From Camelus dromedarius (taxonomy: Eukaryota): a DNA stretch of 64,000 nucleotides. Location of the stretch: positions 31,312,001 to 31,376,000 of the forward strand of contig NC_087437.1 of the NCBI RefSeq assembly GCF_036321535.1, read 5' to 3'. A program made the position numbers and the translations under genes. The notes below the pieces were generated by a model. It ran no database searches and was not told where the DNA came from. It saw nothing but the letters and a program-made list of their open reading frames with translations. Positions 26,775 to 38,900 of this stretch are shown piece after piece (the stretch's first letter is position 1; every line of letters begins with the position of its first letter).

Positions 26775-27129
26775 GAGGCCTTGGAGGTGATTCCACTGAC
26801 AAGCAGTGAAATCAGCAGGGAGGTGAAGGCTGCCAGGGGACACCTGAGGACGAGGGGGAGCTTCATGCAGTAGCTCACTTCCCCTCTGCACCCACAGGAC
26901 GTTTAGTCATCCCTCACTATACGCTGCAAAGCTTAATAAATACCTTTGGTAAAAAAGAGATTAACATGCATCTTTCACAAACTGCCCTCCAGTCTTGCAA
27001 GTGAACACTCAGTGTATCCTCATGCTACAGAATATTGGTACAAGTTCATATCTGTTCACAGCTGCCCACCCGAGAGTGTCCAAAAAATAAACCATAACAT
27101 CACAGCATGGAGGCAATAAAAGCCGTTTC

Positions 27130-27300
27130 AACTGGCATCCTTGGCTTCTTGTCCCAAGGCTATCACTTGCTAGCTGTGTTGTCCAGAGCAAGTAACTTCG
27201 CTTCTCTGAGCCTCAATTTCCCCTTCTGTAAAATGGAGGCATAACTGTTCATGGAGCATCGTGCTGATAAACTGAGATAAAGTACATAAAAGAATGTTGA
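27130..27300 (+). mobile_element. MIR SINE
   Basis: cacttgctagctgtg...gcaagtaacttcgcttctctgagcctcaatttccccttctgtaaaatgg. Confidence 0.7.
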
Positions 27301-28887
27301 AGGCTGTGCTGTATCAATGGGAGATACTCATACTGTCATTCTTCACCCACTCAGAAGAGCTGCTCTAAATGCCTCCATGAGGTCAGTGATAATTCACCAG
27401 GTTGCTGTCCACTCTCGCTGTTTGAACATAAATATTAGGGTGCACGCCCACGTAGGCCAAACATTTTACAGAAAGCCAGATTTTGGAAAAACAAGTCTAT
27501 GGTGGTATTTGGATAGAGCGTGCAGCCTTGGCAGGCCCAAATGCTCTGAATAATGCAGAGGGCTGCACGCATGCTTTAATAAGATTCCATCCAGAGCTTT
27601 TTGTTGAAGCTCTGACAATGCTTGCTAACGGAGGCCTGGCTCCCCTGTGACAGATTGCCATTATACCAGGTATCACGAGGTTGACGGATTAAGCTGGAAA
27701 GTGCATCAGCCCTTTTGGGGTGCATAATCTCCAGATGCATATATCTGTGGGCCTCCTGTTACAGTGATTCAAATTACTTTTCTGGGAATTAACTTCATTG
27801 GGATGGGAGTACTGACATTTCCTACAAATTTTTCTTGTTGCAGCCAAGTTGTCAGAATTGTCACCGTCGTTGCCCATTGGTTATCATTAATCATGCTAGG
27901 CTCTTCTACCTGAGGGCCCCAGGCATCGACACTACAGCTGATGGAATTATAAATGCCTTATTTCAAATATTCCCGAAGTTTGGTCTTAACCTTTGAATCT
28001 CAAATGCTTTTTTTTCCCCCTAAACCAGTTCAAACGAATTATATACCTGGAGAAACTAAATCACACTGAGATCTGCCTCCCAATTTTAAACTATATCACT
28101 ATAGTTCTCAAGACATATTTCATATCCCACAATCATAGTGATGCAATTGCATTTCCTGCCCTTGGGTGTGGTTTTGAGAAGGTAATAAATCTGCTGACAA
28201 GATTTCCACATTTCATTCCCTGAGGAATGAAACTGGTAAAACATTGAGTTATGGATCTTAGGACTGTTTTCCTAAAATAACATTTCCATTGAATAAGACA
28301 TGCAGAGCAATTTTATTTCTATCTATTGACTATTATAATTTACTTCATTATTCATAGTTCCATGTAGTCAGTTCCTGCCTGTGAAGGCAATGGTGGGAAA
28401 AGGTCATAACTCGGAGATACTCGGGTCCATGGTCCTTGGCAGAGGCCAGGAAAGTTCAGATCAATCAGCATTAGGTCAGATGCTCAATAAGTGTTAGCTG
28501 GTGGCTGCTTGAGCTCCTAAAGCAATCCATCCTTTAAGTCCTTTCCCTTACCGTTACTTTTCACTTACCATTCTGAGCCTCCATGCCTACCTCTCACCTG
28601 CCAATCACCCAAGTGTTGCCACAGCCCTCCTCCTCCTCCAGCCCCTCCCAATAACGCTCCCTTCCCTTCAGGCCTCTTTCTTTAGGATCTGACTTCAAGT
28701 CCCTACTCACCAGCTTCCTTCTGTCCTTACATTTCAATGACATAAACCAACCATTTATCTCCTTGCCAATTTTTTAAAATGTGAGATACAATAAGTTCAT
28801 TATGGTGCTATAATAATAATATGACCCGGTACAATAACCAGCAGTTTATTTAATATTTCTCTATGTGTTTGTCTGTTTACCATACAG

Positions 28888-28932
28888 GAGGTCCAGCCTG
28901 GTCATAACAACCAAACTCTACTGGGGTGGAAA
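28888..28932 (+). CDS. KCNAB1: KCNAB1 coding exon (about exon 6, 45 bp): RSSLVITTKLYWGG(K)
   Basis: Acceptor ttaccatacag and donor gtaagt at 28933. Carries the catalytic Lys (ITTK). LYW is beta1-type. Phase 2 to 2. Confidence 0.96.
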
Positions 28933-30766
28933 GTAAGTTCAATACTTCTTATTTTCCCTGCTTGACAGGAAACAATCAGTAGCTTGTGCTTTAATCCTTT
29001 TATGCAACCATTTTACATTCAACGTACTCAAATTAATTGGTTTGGAAAGAAAGATTGTTTTTTTCCCTCACATGAAGGAAATAGCAATTTGCCTGGGATT
29101 CAGGTTTAGCAAGATACCCCCAAAGAAATTTAGTGCAAAGCATGTGGTCACTTGTTACTAAGTGATTCATGGAGATTTTCAAAATACCAACCTCATACTT
29201 AGAACCGTTTCCAAAATAGAGTTCAAATTTCAGGAAAAGAAAATAAGCACATAGCATCACAGATGAAAAGCTACTCAAATCTGCCAAAACTCAGAGACTT
29301 CTACGGAAAGCAATGATAAAAATATCTTGCCTCGCCCCACGTGTGAGTCTCTGATCATTTCTGTAGAAGGCTCTGAAAATGCTGATCAAAAAGACCATCT
29401 CAGTGAAGAATAACAGGAAGCTAGCTGCATGTATCACTTGCTGTCAGGCCAAATGAAAGAGTGGTCCTCTCTCTGTCGTGGGATGCAGAACACACTTCAC
29501 AGGATGAACTGGCTTCTGATGGCCCTGCTGGTGTTTGAACTGGTACTTACATTATTCAGCAGGACTCAGAAGTGGCCTCTTTGTGAGACCACATGTGAGA
29601 AAACATCAAGCTATTCCATATACCTTTTCATGGAAACCTCCGAGATTTCCATGGAGTCTTAACAAAAACAAAGACAAATGCAAACAAACAAAACCTAATT
29701 TACTTCCCTCTGATTGACAGGGAATAGTTAAAAACAAATTTGGAAGGAAACTTCTAATCAAAATGTACGTGTATACACTCACACGCTGATATTTTATTGA
29801 TGTTTTTGAGTTGTTTACGATTAATATGAAGACAGAAATGTGGAACTCAGATATTTATTCCTAGTGCAGTCTAATAAAAATAAAGCAACATGGTGCCCAT
29901 AAGAAATGTTAAGTTTACATCGTGTGTACTCTGATTCCTAGTGCCATTTCTTGATGATTTGCGATGGTACTCAAAACCTTGCCTATAATTTAGAAATAAA
30001 CAGGAAATAAGACAGTCTGCAAGAACTATTATGTAGTAGAGTGCTACATACATTATTATCTAATACACTTTTAGAAGATACAAAATCACCAAAGGCGAAT
30101 GATAAACTACTACGTTTTAAAAGGGGGTTGCCAAAGTTATTGATGTTGAAGGAATATTTCATCAGTACTTTAAAACTCAAAGACCACATTTCTTTCTCAT
30201 TGGCCAGAGCCTGAGGATGGTCTGGGCAGGCAAAAGTCCTGGTCAAAGGTTTGTCTTCTTAGGAAACTAATTTAAGGAAGACTTGGTACATCACATTTTA
30301 AAAGAAAATAGTTGTTCAGCTTCTTTTGAAAGTCAAAAGACACTTCTAAATTTGTTTCCTTTCTCAGAAAAGCCAGTGCTACCAGTAGCCTGATAATCTT
30401 ATAGTAAGTAAGCTCACAAACTTTTTTTTTTTTTTTTGGCTTGAGATTGGTTAAGAAGATAGTAAGGCTGAGCCACATGTCAAGTGTCAAATTACATATG
30501 GACAAGGTGCACATGCCTGAGTTGTTATTAAGGCGATGTGATGTCTGTCATGGTTAATTCATCTTCTGGGGTCTTCAAAGAAGAGCCGCTCAGTGTGCTG
30601 CCCACCAGCCTTGTTTGCTCAGCCTGCAGTAGCGCAGAATTTGCCAAAAATAGGGCACAAAATTAACCATTTAGTCTAGAATGATTATTCTTCTGTACTT
30701 TTGAAAGAGTGATTTTTTAAAAAAGCACACCCCCACTCAAAGTCATTTGCTTCTTTTTCTTGTCAG

Positions 30767-30810
30767 AGCTGAAACGGAAAGAGGGTTGTCAAGAAAACAT
30801 ATTATTGAAG
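30767..30810 (+). CDS. KCNAB1: KCNAB1 coding exon (about exon 7, 44 bp): AETERGLSRKHIIE(G)
   Basis: Acceptor ttctttttcttgtcag and donor gtgagt at 30811. Phase 2 to 1. Confidence 0.96.
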
Positions 30811-31079
30811 GTGAGTACCGCTGCTTCCATTTTATTTTTGTCTGTGGGCTGCTGAGTGCAGAAAGGTACCAACCAAATAGGTTCCAAACACGTTAGGAAG
30901 GGAAAAAATTCTCTATGTAAAGAACCACAACCAACCAAGTTTGTCCCTGGGCCTGAGTGTGGGGAGTGTGGTGATATAAAGGGAGAATGAGAACTCAAAA
31001 GAAAAAGACTGCATTTTCTAGAACTCTTCTCATTTACGGCTATGCTAACATTAACAAAGCGCGTCTGCAAGAGTCTTTA

Positions 31080-31250
31080 AAGAGCTTTGTTGAGATGTAA
31101 TTTATATGCCACAACAGTTTCCCCATTTAAAATGTACAATTCTTTTGTTCTGAGAATAATTACAGAGTGTGCAATGGTCATCATAATTAGATTTCAAAAC
31201 ATCTTCATCTCCCCCCAAAGAAACCTTGTATCCACTAATAGTCACTTCTG
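31080..31250 (-). mobile_element. Old L1M 3'-end fragment
   Basis: agctttgttgagatgtaattt...cccatttaaaatgtacaatt...aacatcttcatctcccccaaaagaaacc. Confidence 0.65.
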
Positions 31251-33029
31251 TTACCTTTTTTTTAAAGTTAGGGTTTAACATCTGCCATGCATTAAAAAGT
31301 TTCAAGTGGAGTTTCTCAGAATGTTTTCTCCTACTCCTAAAACTGGGATGGTTCCATGTTTTAAATCACATAACAAAACGGTTGTTTACCTGAAAGGCAA
31401 CTACAGGCTTAGACACAGCTTTTTCCTATAAAAGTACACAAACAATGCCCTTATTCTTCCAGTCTGACCTACCGAACTATTTCTGTTCTTTCATGCCAGA
31501 TACTAAAGAAATTTGATCTGCTAGATTTTAACATTGGCACAAATTTGGGTTTAATGACTGTGGAATGGCTGAATAAATAAACAGACTTTCAGAACCTGAG
31601 AGGACCTTGAGATTCCAAATGAACATAATAAACCTATTATTGAAATTCCTACTACCTCCTTGTGAATCCAAGGAGCATGTTGTTCCTAACCAGATCTCAG
31701 TCAAAACTTTGGGCTCATTGAAAAAGCCTTTCATATGATTTTTTTCAAAACTACATTATGCACAAATCAAGCTAATTTTACACTCTGAAAATTAACTCAG
31801 GTGGCTAAGGTCACCCAGCACACAAGTGGCCTGAACTCTACATGAACTGGTCTTCTGTCTTATTCTTAAATAGTACTTCCCAAATGTAATGTGAGTGTGA
31901 ATCTCCAATGTTGAAAATGTCACCTTCATCACAGGACAAGTACCAATGAAACCAGAGGATAATGACTTGTAAACCTCTTCAAACTTTATTTTAGGTCTAA
32001 AAATCTCATGTCCCTTCTTTTTTTCCTGTAAAATTCACTCAATTCCCTAATTTCAGCCTGCCTAGAAATATCTTTTGAGCTGACTCTCTTGCAGTCGTGA
32101 GTGTTTTTGTCTTTGGCTGAGACTATAAACTGAAAAATAACACCAACAGTAAAACGTAATAATAATTGATTCTAATTAATCTTCAATCTCAAAAGTTTAA
32201 AATTTTGTTGAGTTTCACCTTATGAACAATGGAGTTCCTGTTAAATTTTAGAACCTAAGAGAGAGATTGACTTAGATTTAAGTTTACTGGAGTCACTTGA
32301 AAGCTATTTTTCTTTACATAACGCAATGTATTCTCCTGTGGACTTCTGAGGAATGGCCAATTAACTTCTGGGCATCTCCTCAAGGGCAGGGAATGTTTCT
32401 CCTGCTCCTCCTGTTTTTCACTCCAACAGACATTGGGTCAGCACTGAGGGGCAGGCTAACATAAAAAGTGCCTTCAGTGAGTGCATTCACTGAATGGGAG
32501 CATTTACCTCCTTGGGTTACGATTAACTGTTCAGATAGCTCTCTGGAGCCAAGGTTAATGCATTTTTGCACATCTACTTAAACTTAAAGCAACACCTGGC
32601 CCCAAGCCAATGCTCAACAAACATTTGCTAAGGGGAGATAGAACATGACTGTTTGTTTCTTGGAGATAAACCCTAAATGGCTCTCAAGGAGACATTTGTT
32701 AGCATGTCTTTATGTTGCTACAATTTAGCTATAAGATTAAAGCATCCAAATAGGGAAAAGCAGTGCCACCTGACTGGGTTTGCAGTCCCAAGAAGATCAA
32801 AACAGAAAGATCATCGAGCTCCATTTCATCTTTGGAAAGATGAGGATACTAAGATCCAAGGAGGCGAAGAGACACTGGCAAGATCATTCAGGCCAGCCCA
32901 GTTTAGTGCCCTGGATCCCAAGTCCTGTGCCTCACCTGCACATAGACCTTTCCTCTAAATGCCAGACCGGCCCATCCAGCTGCCAAGAGCTCCATGGGGT
33001 TGACTGATGTGCTGACACCACCACCAACA

Positions 33030-33430
33030 ACCTGCTTTTCCCTGACCTCCCCATCTTACTAACAGTCACTTCTCTTCTCACGCCAACATCTCAGAGTCCT
33101 CCTCGATACCTCTACCTCCACATTCTGTATTCAGCACACCAGGAGTTCTCTTATTTCTACTTATACAACTTGTCCCAAGTTTGAACACACCTCACCAACT
33201 TGGTCTGCTTCGGTGACAGCCTCACTGGTCTCCCTCCCTGCCTGCCCTCTGCCCCTACAGGTCATTCTCAGCAGGACAAGTGAGCAGTTCAGAACACAAA
33301 TCTGACAGCATCATTTCCCTGGCTTAACTCTCATTTCCTTACCTCCCAGCCCCTCCCCATATTTTTCCATCTCATGTAGAGTAAAATCTAAAATTCATAC
33401 CATGGATTCCAAGACTTCATGTGATTGAGA
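33030..33430 (+). mobile_element. L2 fragment
   Basis: cagcctcactggtctccct...acaaatctgacagcatcatttccctggctta...tagagtaaaatctaaa. Confidence 0.55.
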
Positions 33431-35212
33431 TTTTTCAAAGTGAGTGGAGAGTGTCTCTTATGAGCACAACCTCCTTTTACTCCACTTCAAACCCAGAGGA
33501 GGGACCAGGTGGGTCACTGACGAGATGCACCATTTCTTATATTCTCACATGAATACTCTAAAATCTTGGCCTGACTATCAAGGGGAAAAATGCTTTCCAG
33601 AGGAAGAATTGAGAGATGAGGAACGACTGAGTACAACGAGGCTGGCTGGCCTTTACGTCAAGTCCACGTCATGACTTACGGCTACACGTTATTACCTTGA
33701 ACAGCGAAATCATGCCAGCAGATGCCCTCAGCGTGCACTTTTTGCTCCTTGGGGATAAATGCTGTGTCCATGCCTGTCTACCCACCTAGAGTCGGGCACA
33801 GTTTCAGGATCAAATCAGAATTCAGTACACATGTAGGGCGTGGAAGAGGAAAGGACTTAAGTCACGACTGATCACACAGCATTCCGACAGGGCCAAGTTA
33901 GTCGTAGCTTCTCCTAGGTTAACTCTCAGCCCACACTGAGATCTTCAGAAGGGACCGAGGGAAGGGGCATCATCAGAAAGGAGGGCGTTTTGTTTCCAGT
34001 GCCAGGTAGGGGCCAGAACTGTCACTAAATGCCTGCCTCTAAAACCAGGAGGGCCAGTGAAAATCTTTGGCGTCTAGTCATTCTGAATCTTTCCAGATGT
34101 GAGAACGTTATAATTATGGTACTTCTATAGGCTGTTGCTCTTACCAAATGTGTGCCAACTAATTTTATTTGCCCTCTGGAGCAGCAATTCTAAAGGTAGT
34201 GAGTCTTGATATCTCCACTGCGGACTAGAGAACTGAGTCACACACAGTAAAAGCCAAATAATCCAAGCAGGATCATATGCCAGCATGCAGATTTCCAGCC
34301 TTTTAGACCTGGGGATACCCTATTACTGGTTTGCTTGGTTATATTTCCCTCTCCTTACCTCCTCCATACACAGAATTGCTTCCAAAATGTGGCTCCTATC
34401 ATAGTGCTTTTTAAGGTAAATTTAATTTCAAGATGCCCGTTGAGATAGCTGGTAATACCCTGGGCCTGAAAGTCCCCGCAGTTTTTTAAGAACAGACATT
34501 GGACTTTATAATACCTGTCTGCCCTAATCTCTTCATCAGTGCTGCTTTTAACAAGCCACCATCACAGACAGTCCTTCCTTAATGAGTGAAAGAAATATTT
34601 CCGAAACTGTATTCAAGCACTCCATTTTCCTGTCAGAAAAGTAATTGTGGCTGGCCGATAAACCAGTTTGAAAAATCAAATTTAAATGAGCCAAATTTAA
34701 ATTTATAAGAGCCTCATTTAACATGCAATTAATTTTATGCCTATTATAAAAGAGAAAAACCTCCAGTCTTTCTGAGGAATTAAATAAGCTGATAAGGAAA
34801 TGCTGTGCCTCATAGAAATGAGATAAAATAATTCTCAAACACTGTCATCCTTCTGGTTGTGTAATAGTATATACAATACATTCTATTTCAGGAAAGTATT
34901 AATTTTACTGAAATTAAATATTTTTTTCTGAGTAATCATAGAAATGTGACCGAATGGTTAGGGCTGAAACATAGATTATTGGTTCCAGATTTTTTTTAAG
35001 GTCTATTTCCTTTATATTACCACTTAAATCTTTAAAGCTCCTAGTGTTTTTGTTTCTTCTCAAAAGAATGGGGAATAATAGAAATAGTGGAGCTCAGCTA
35101 TATTTAAAGTTGTTCAGACTTTGTTCCAATTAGTAAATGTGGAATGGAATTTTCATTTGCCAACATTTTATTACTAGGAAAACCCACGTGTACATTAAGA
35201 TGGAGTCATCAA

Positions 35213-35397
35213 GTATATGTAAAAATAGATTTTAAAAAATTTCTTCTGTATAGCATGGGGAACTATATTCAATATCTTGTAACAACTTTCAATGAAAAAG
35301 GATATGAAAATGAATATATATACATGACTGGGACATTGTGCTGTACACCAGAAAGTGACACATTGTAACTGACTATACTTCAATTAAAGAAAAAAAA
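35213..35397 (+). mobile_element. Short L1 3'-end insertion with TSD
   Basis: ctgtatagcatggggaactatattcaatatcttgtaa...gactatacttcaattaaa followed by an A tail. TSD aagatggagtcatcaa (35197-35212) / aagatggagttgtcaa (35398-35413). Confidence 0.85.
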
Positions 35398-35889
35398 AAG
35401 ATGGAGTTGTCAATCATTTATTTATGATTTACACCATTTTAATTTTTTTAATGTGCAATAAATATAGCTCCATCCCACTATAAGCCCAGTAAGTATTTCA
35501 AAACATGACATTAATGTGCATTTTCCAAGAAGAAAGAAGTTAAACTCTTAGGCTGCTTTTCATTCTAAACTTTGCTTCTGGATACTGCCAGATACAGATA
35601 CAGGAGCCACTGTGAAAGGTCATTACCAAGTGTGGATTCCCAGTAGGCAAGAGCACTAATACCATAGAGAAAGGTCTAAGGCTTTTCTCTGTTGGAGACA
35701 AGGTCAACCTTTGATATATTTTTAAAAGGTTCTGAGAGCCAATGAACACATCATTGTATTCAATGTCTTTTTGAATCTAAGTCAGTGGTTCTCTTTTTTA
35801 AAGTAAATTCTTGAAGGTAACCAAACTTCAACTATTTCTAATAATGCTCATATTCAGACTTGTTAAGATCTTCCTGCTTCTATTCCCAG

Positions 35890-35976
35890 GATTGAAGGGC
35901 TCCCTCCAGAGGCTGCAGCTCGAGTATGTGGACGTAGTTTTTGCAAATCGCCCAGACAGTAACACTCCCATGGAAG
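35890..35976 (+). CDS. KCNAB1: KCNAB1 coding exon (about exon 8, 87 bp): [28 protein letters not shown](E)
   Basis: Acceptor cttctattcccag and donor gtgagt at 35977. Contains the AKR motif [11 protein letters not shown] and the Kv-beta Asn (FANRPD). Phase 1 to 1. Confidence 0.97.
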
Positions 35977-38900
35977 GTGAGTGAAGAAATTTAATAGAAG
36001 ACTAGAGTGATTAATTCTAGTTGACAACTTCTTCCACTCACAGTAGGAAATGAAATATATTCAGACTGATCTGACTGAATATGAAAAATAAAAACCTTTT
36101 CAGTCAATTTCTTTCAGCTGCAATGTTTACCCACAAAGCCAGGGCTCTGCATTCTGCATGTGTATTAATTTTTCAGCAGCTGCAGACACCAGGATTTGGC
36201 TCCTGCTGTCACAGTGCTCCAGGTTTGTTTCACTTCTGTGATTTCATCAACAAAAACAATAAAAGTAATTGGAAGGGGAGTTTATAACCCAGCCATCATG
36301 ACTTTGGAGGGTGCTCTCCAAGAGTCTTCCTATTTTATAATGACTCTGGGTCTCATTAGTTTCCAGTCTGTGGTGGTAAGTGTGAAGTGCTACCATGAGC
36401 AGAGGCTTTACAGGAGCGACTGCTTCAAAATGAGACTCTTGGTTGCCATTTGGTTTTTGATTCTCAAGGAGCTGCAACATTTTATCCCCTTTCTGAGGAC
36501 AATTCAAGCATCTCTCTGTGGAAGCTTTCAGAATGTCCCTAAAACCAGTTTTTTTCCATTTACATTTGTTTGTGGAACCTACCTAGGATGATTGAGAAAG
36601 AGGATCAAATTTGGGAGGACAAATTTAAAAAAATGTTCTGGTTAAGTGAGATTTACAGTCATATGGATTATCATATATCTGAGGTGAATGAGAACAAAGA
36701 TACTTGGGAAAAAAGAAGGGGAGGAAATAATGTTCTGATTATTTGAGGCTTGCTATATGACATGGATTTATAAATTTTCAAAGAATTAGAATACTCAACA
36801 TAAAATTCCACTAAGGTAAATTTGGTTTTGCTGATTCAAAAGGTAATTCAGGATCTTGTATTAAATCAGGTTCTGTAAAGATTTGTTCTTGCTAGAAGGT
36901 TATAGAAGTTATGGAAGTTATGAAAGATTGAAGTATGTATAAATTTTTCTGTTGCGTTTCTGACAAAATGCATTTCTGACCAAAAAGAGTTATGAAACTG
37001 TTTTCCTTGCTATTTGTGTCTTTCAACTGCAGAGTAATGTTTAAAATATATACTTATATATCTGATTTTCTCCTAGAGTTTTCTACTTTCTTGATTTGAG
37101 TAAATTAGGAGATTATTATAAAGCAGTACCATTGTTGGAAATTCATGATAAGAAATTATCCATGGAAATGACACAAATGCATATTTTTATTAAAGCAAAG
37201 ACTAGGTGTTTGATAAGGCAAATCATAAACATTTTATTCATGTAAGAAGTGCTTATTGCAAGGATAATATGATGTCACACCATTCTCAATGTCACATTAA
37301 AATAGCACTGAAGCTATCATGTGAGCACAACTGTCAAGCAAAATGCCGTTTAGTGGCGGCTGTGAAAGACTGAAATTGCTTCCCATTTTAAGTGCCTAGT
37401 GACTACTTTCCTCTTTGGAAAAATGTCCTTTGCAATTATGCTATGTACAGGATAGAAGAACATCTGGGATTTTTTTTTTTTTTTTTTGGCTTATTTTGCC
37501 CATTCTATCACTGTCTTTAATCTGAGAGATATAATGTAGACGTCTCTGAAACAGAAAACGTTATAATTTGCATTATATACCTACAGAAAGAGGAAATTTC
37601 AATTAGAAGCCAAGCTATGTGATACTGATAAGATAATGGTATCTCTTGTATAAACACTGATTATGTGTTGATGTTTCCTAGAAGGAAGCATCAAAATGTT
37701 AAAAAAAAAAAAAAAAGAGAGAGAGAGAGAGATTGCTGCCTGATAGAATATATAACTACAGCATTGTCCAGCCTCCAATGAAATCAGAGAATTTTCCTGC
37801 TTTACTGTAACAGGAGAGCACTGATCTGGGCAACAGAGAGGAGAAGAAATAGGAAATAAGAAGAAAATTAGAAATAGACAGGGATTGCCAGATGGTTTTG
37901 AGGGCATTTTCTCCTCTAAAAATGAAAAAAATGGTGTCTAGCTATGTCTGGATTCCATGTTGTTATTAAGTTTCATTTTTGCAATGATTTTGTAAATCAT
38001 GTGTGTGTATATGAGTGAAACTTGTTCATGTTACAATGGGATCAACCTTAGGAAGGCTATTAGGGTTTCTAAAAACCATACAGAAGAGTGTATGTTACGT
38101 ATAATCAAAAGTACCCTTGAAAACCCTACAGTAATTCTTTGTTAGTCAGTGTTACTCTACAGCCTTTAATTAGTCAACTTCTTCTCCAAATATAGTGACA
38201 AAACCATCACTAGATACTTGCCCAAATACTTTTTTTTTTGATAACAGCCTTAATATCATTCACACACATCTCTTATTTTAGCAACTCACTTTGGCAGTTG
38301 TAGGCTCAACTGCATCCATTTCTGTCTAATATAAGTGATGGAACGGTGGTTGCCAAGTGCATATTGCTGAATTTTATATATTAAGTCTACATATGTTGGC
38401 ATTGTTCTGTGTGTGTGCCACACAGTAAACCCTTAGCATTTGTAGATCATCTTTATCGGTTTCAACCATTCCCCATCAACTCCATGGACCCACAATACCC
38501 GCTAACTTATAATTTTGCCAAGGAACCTATTTTAATTCCTGGGGGCTTAAAGAGAGAGCCCAACCCAGCTTTCTAAGACCCATTTTAAACAACTTTGATT
38601 TAAATTTATTAAAGTGCCAACCCCATTCACTTGATTCACACCATGAAAGGATGTTAATTGGGAACATTTCTAGAATAAACCAAGATGAGTTTCATCCAGT
38701 TTATACATATCATATAGCAACCAACTGAGCCAGAAAAAAGGTTAAGCAGTGGCGCCTTCATAATACATTGGCATCATACGCATACCAATTTAGTTGTTGC
38801 CTTCCCTTCTTCCTTAGAAAGCCAATAGACAAAAACTGAGTTCTCTCGAATGAATGGCTGTAAATTCCGAATGTGCAGTTGGTGGAGAAAGGGGTAAGAC

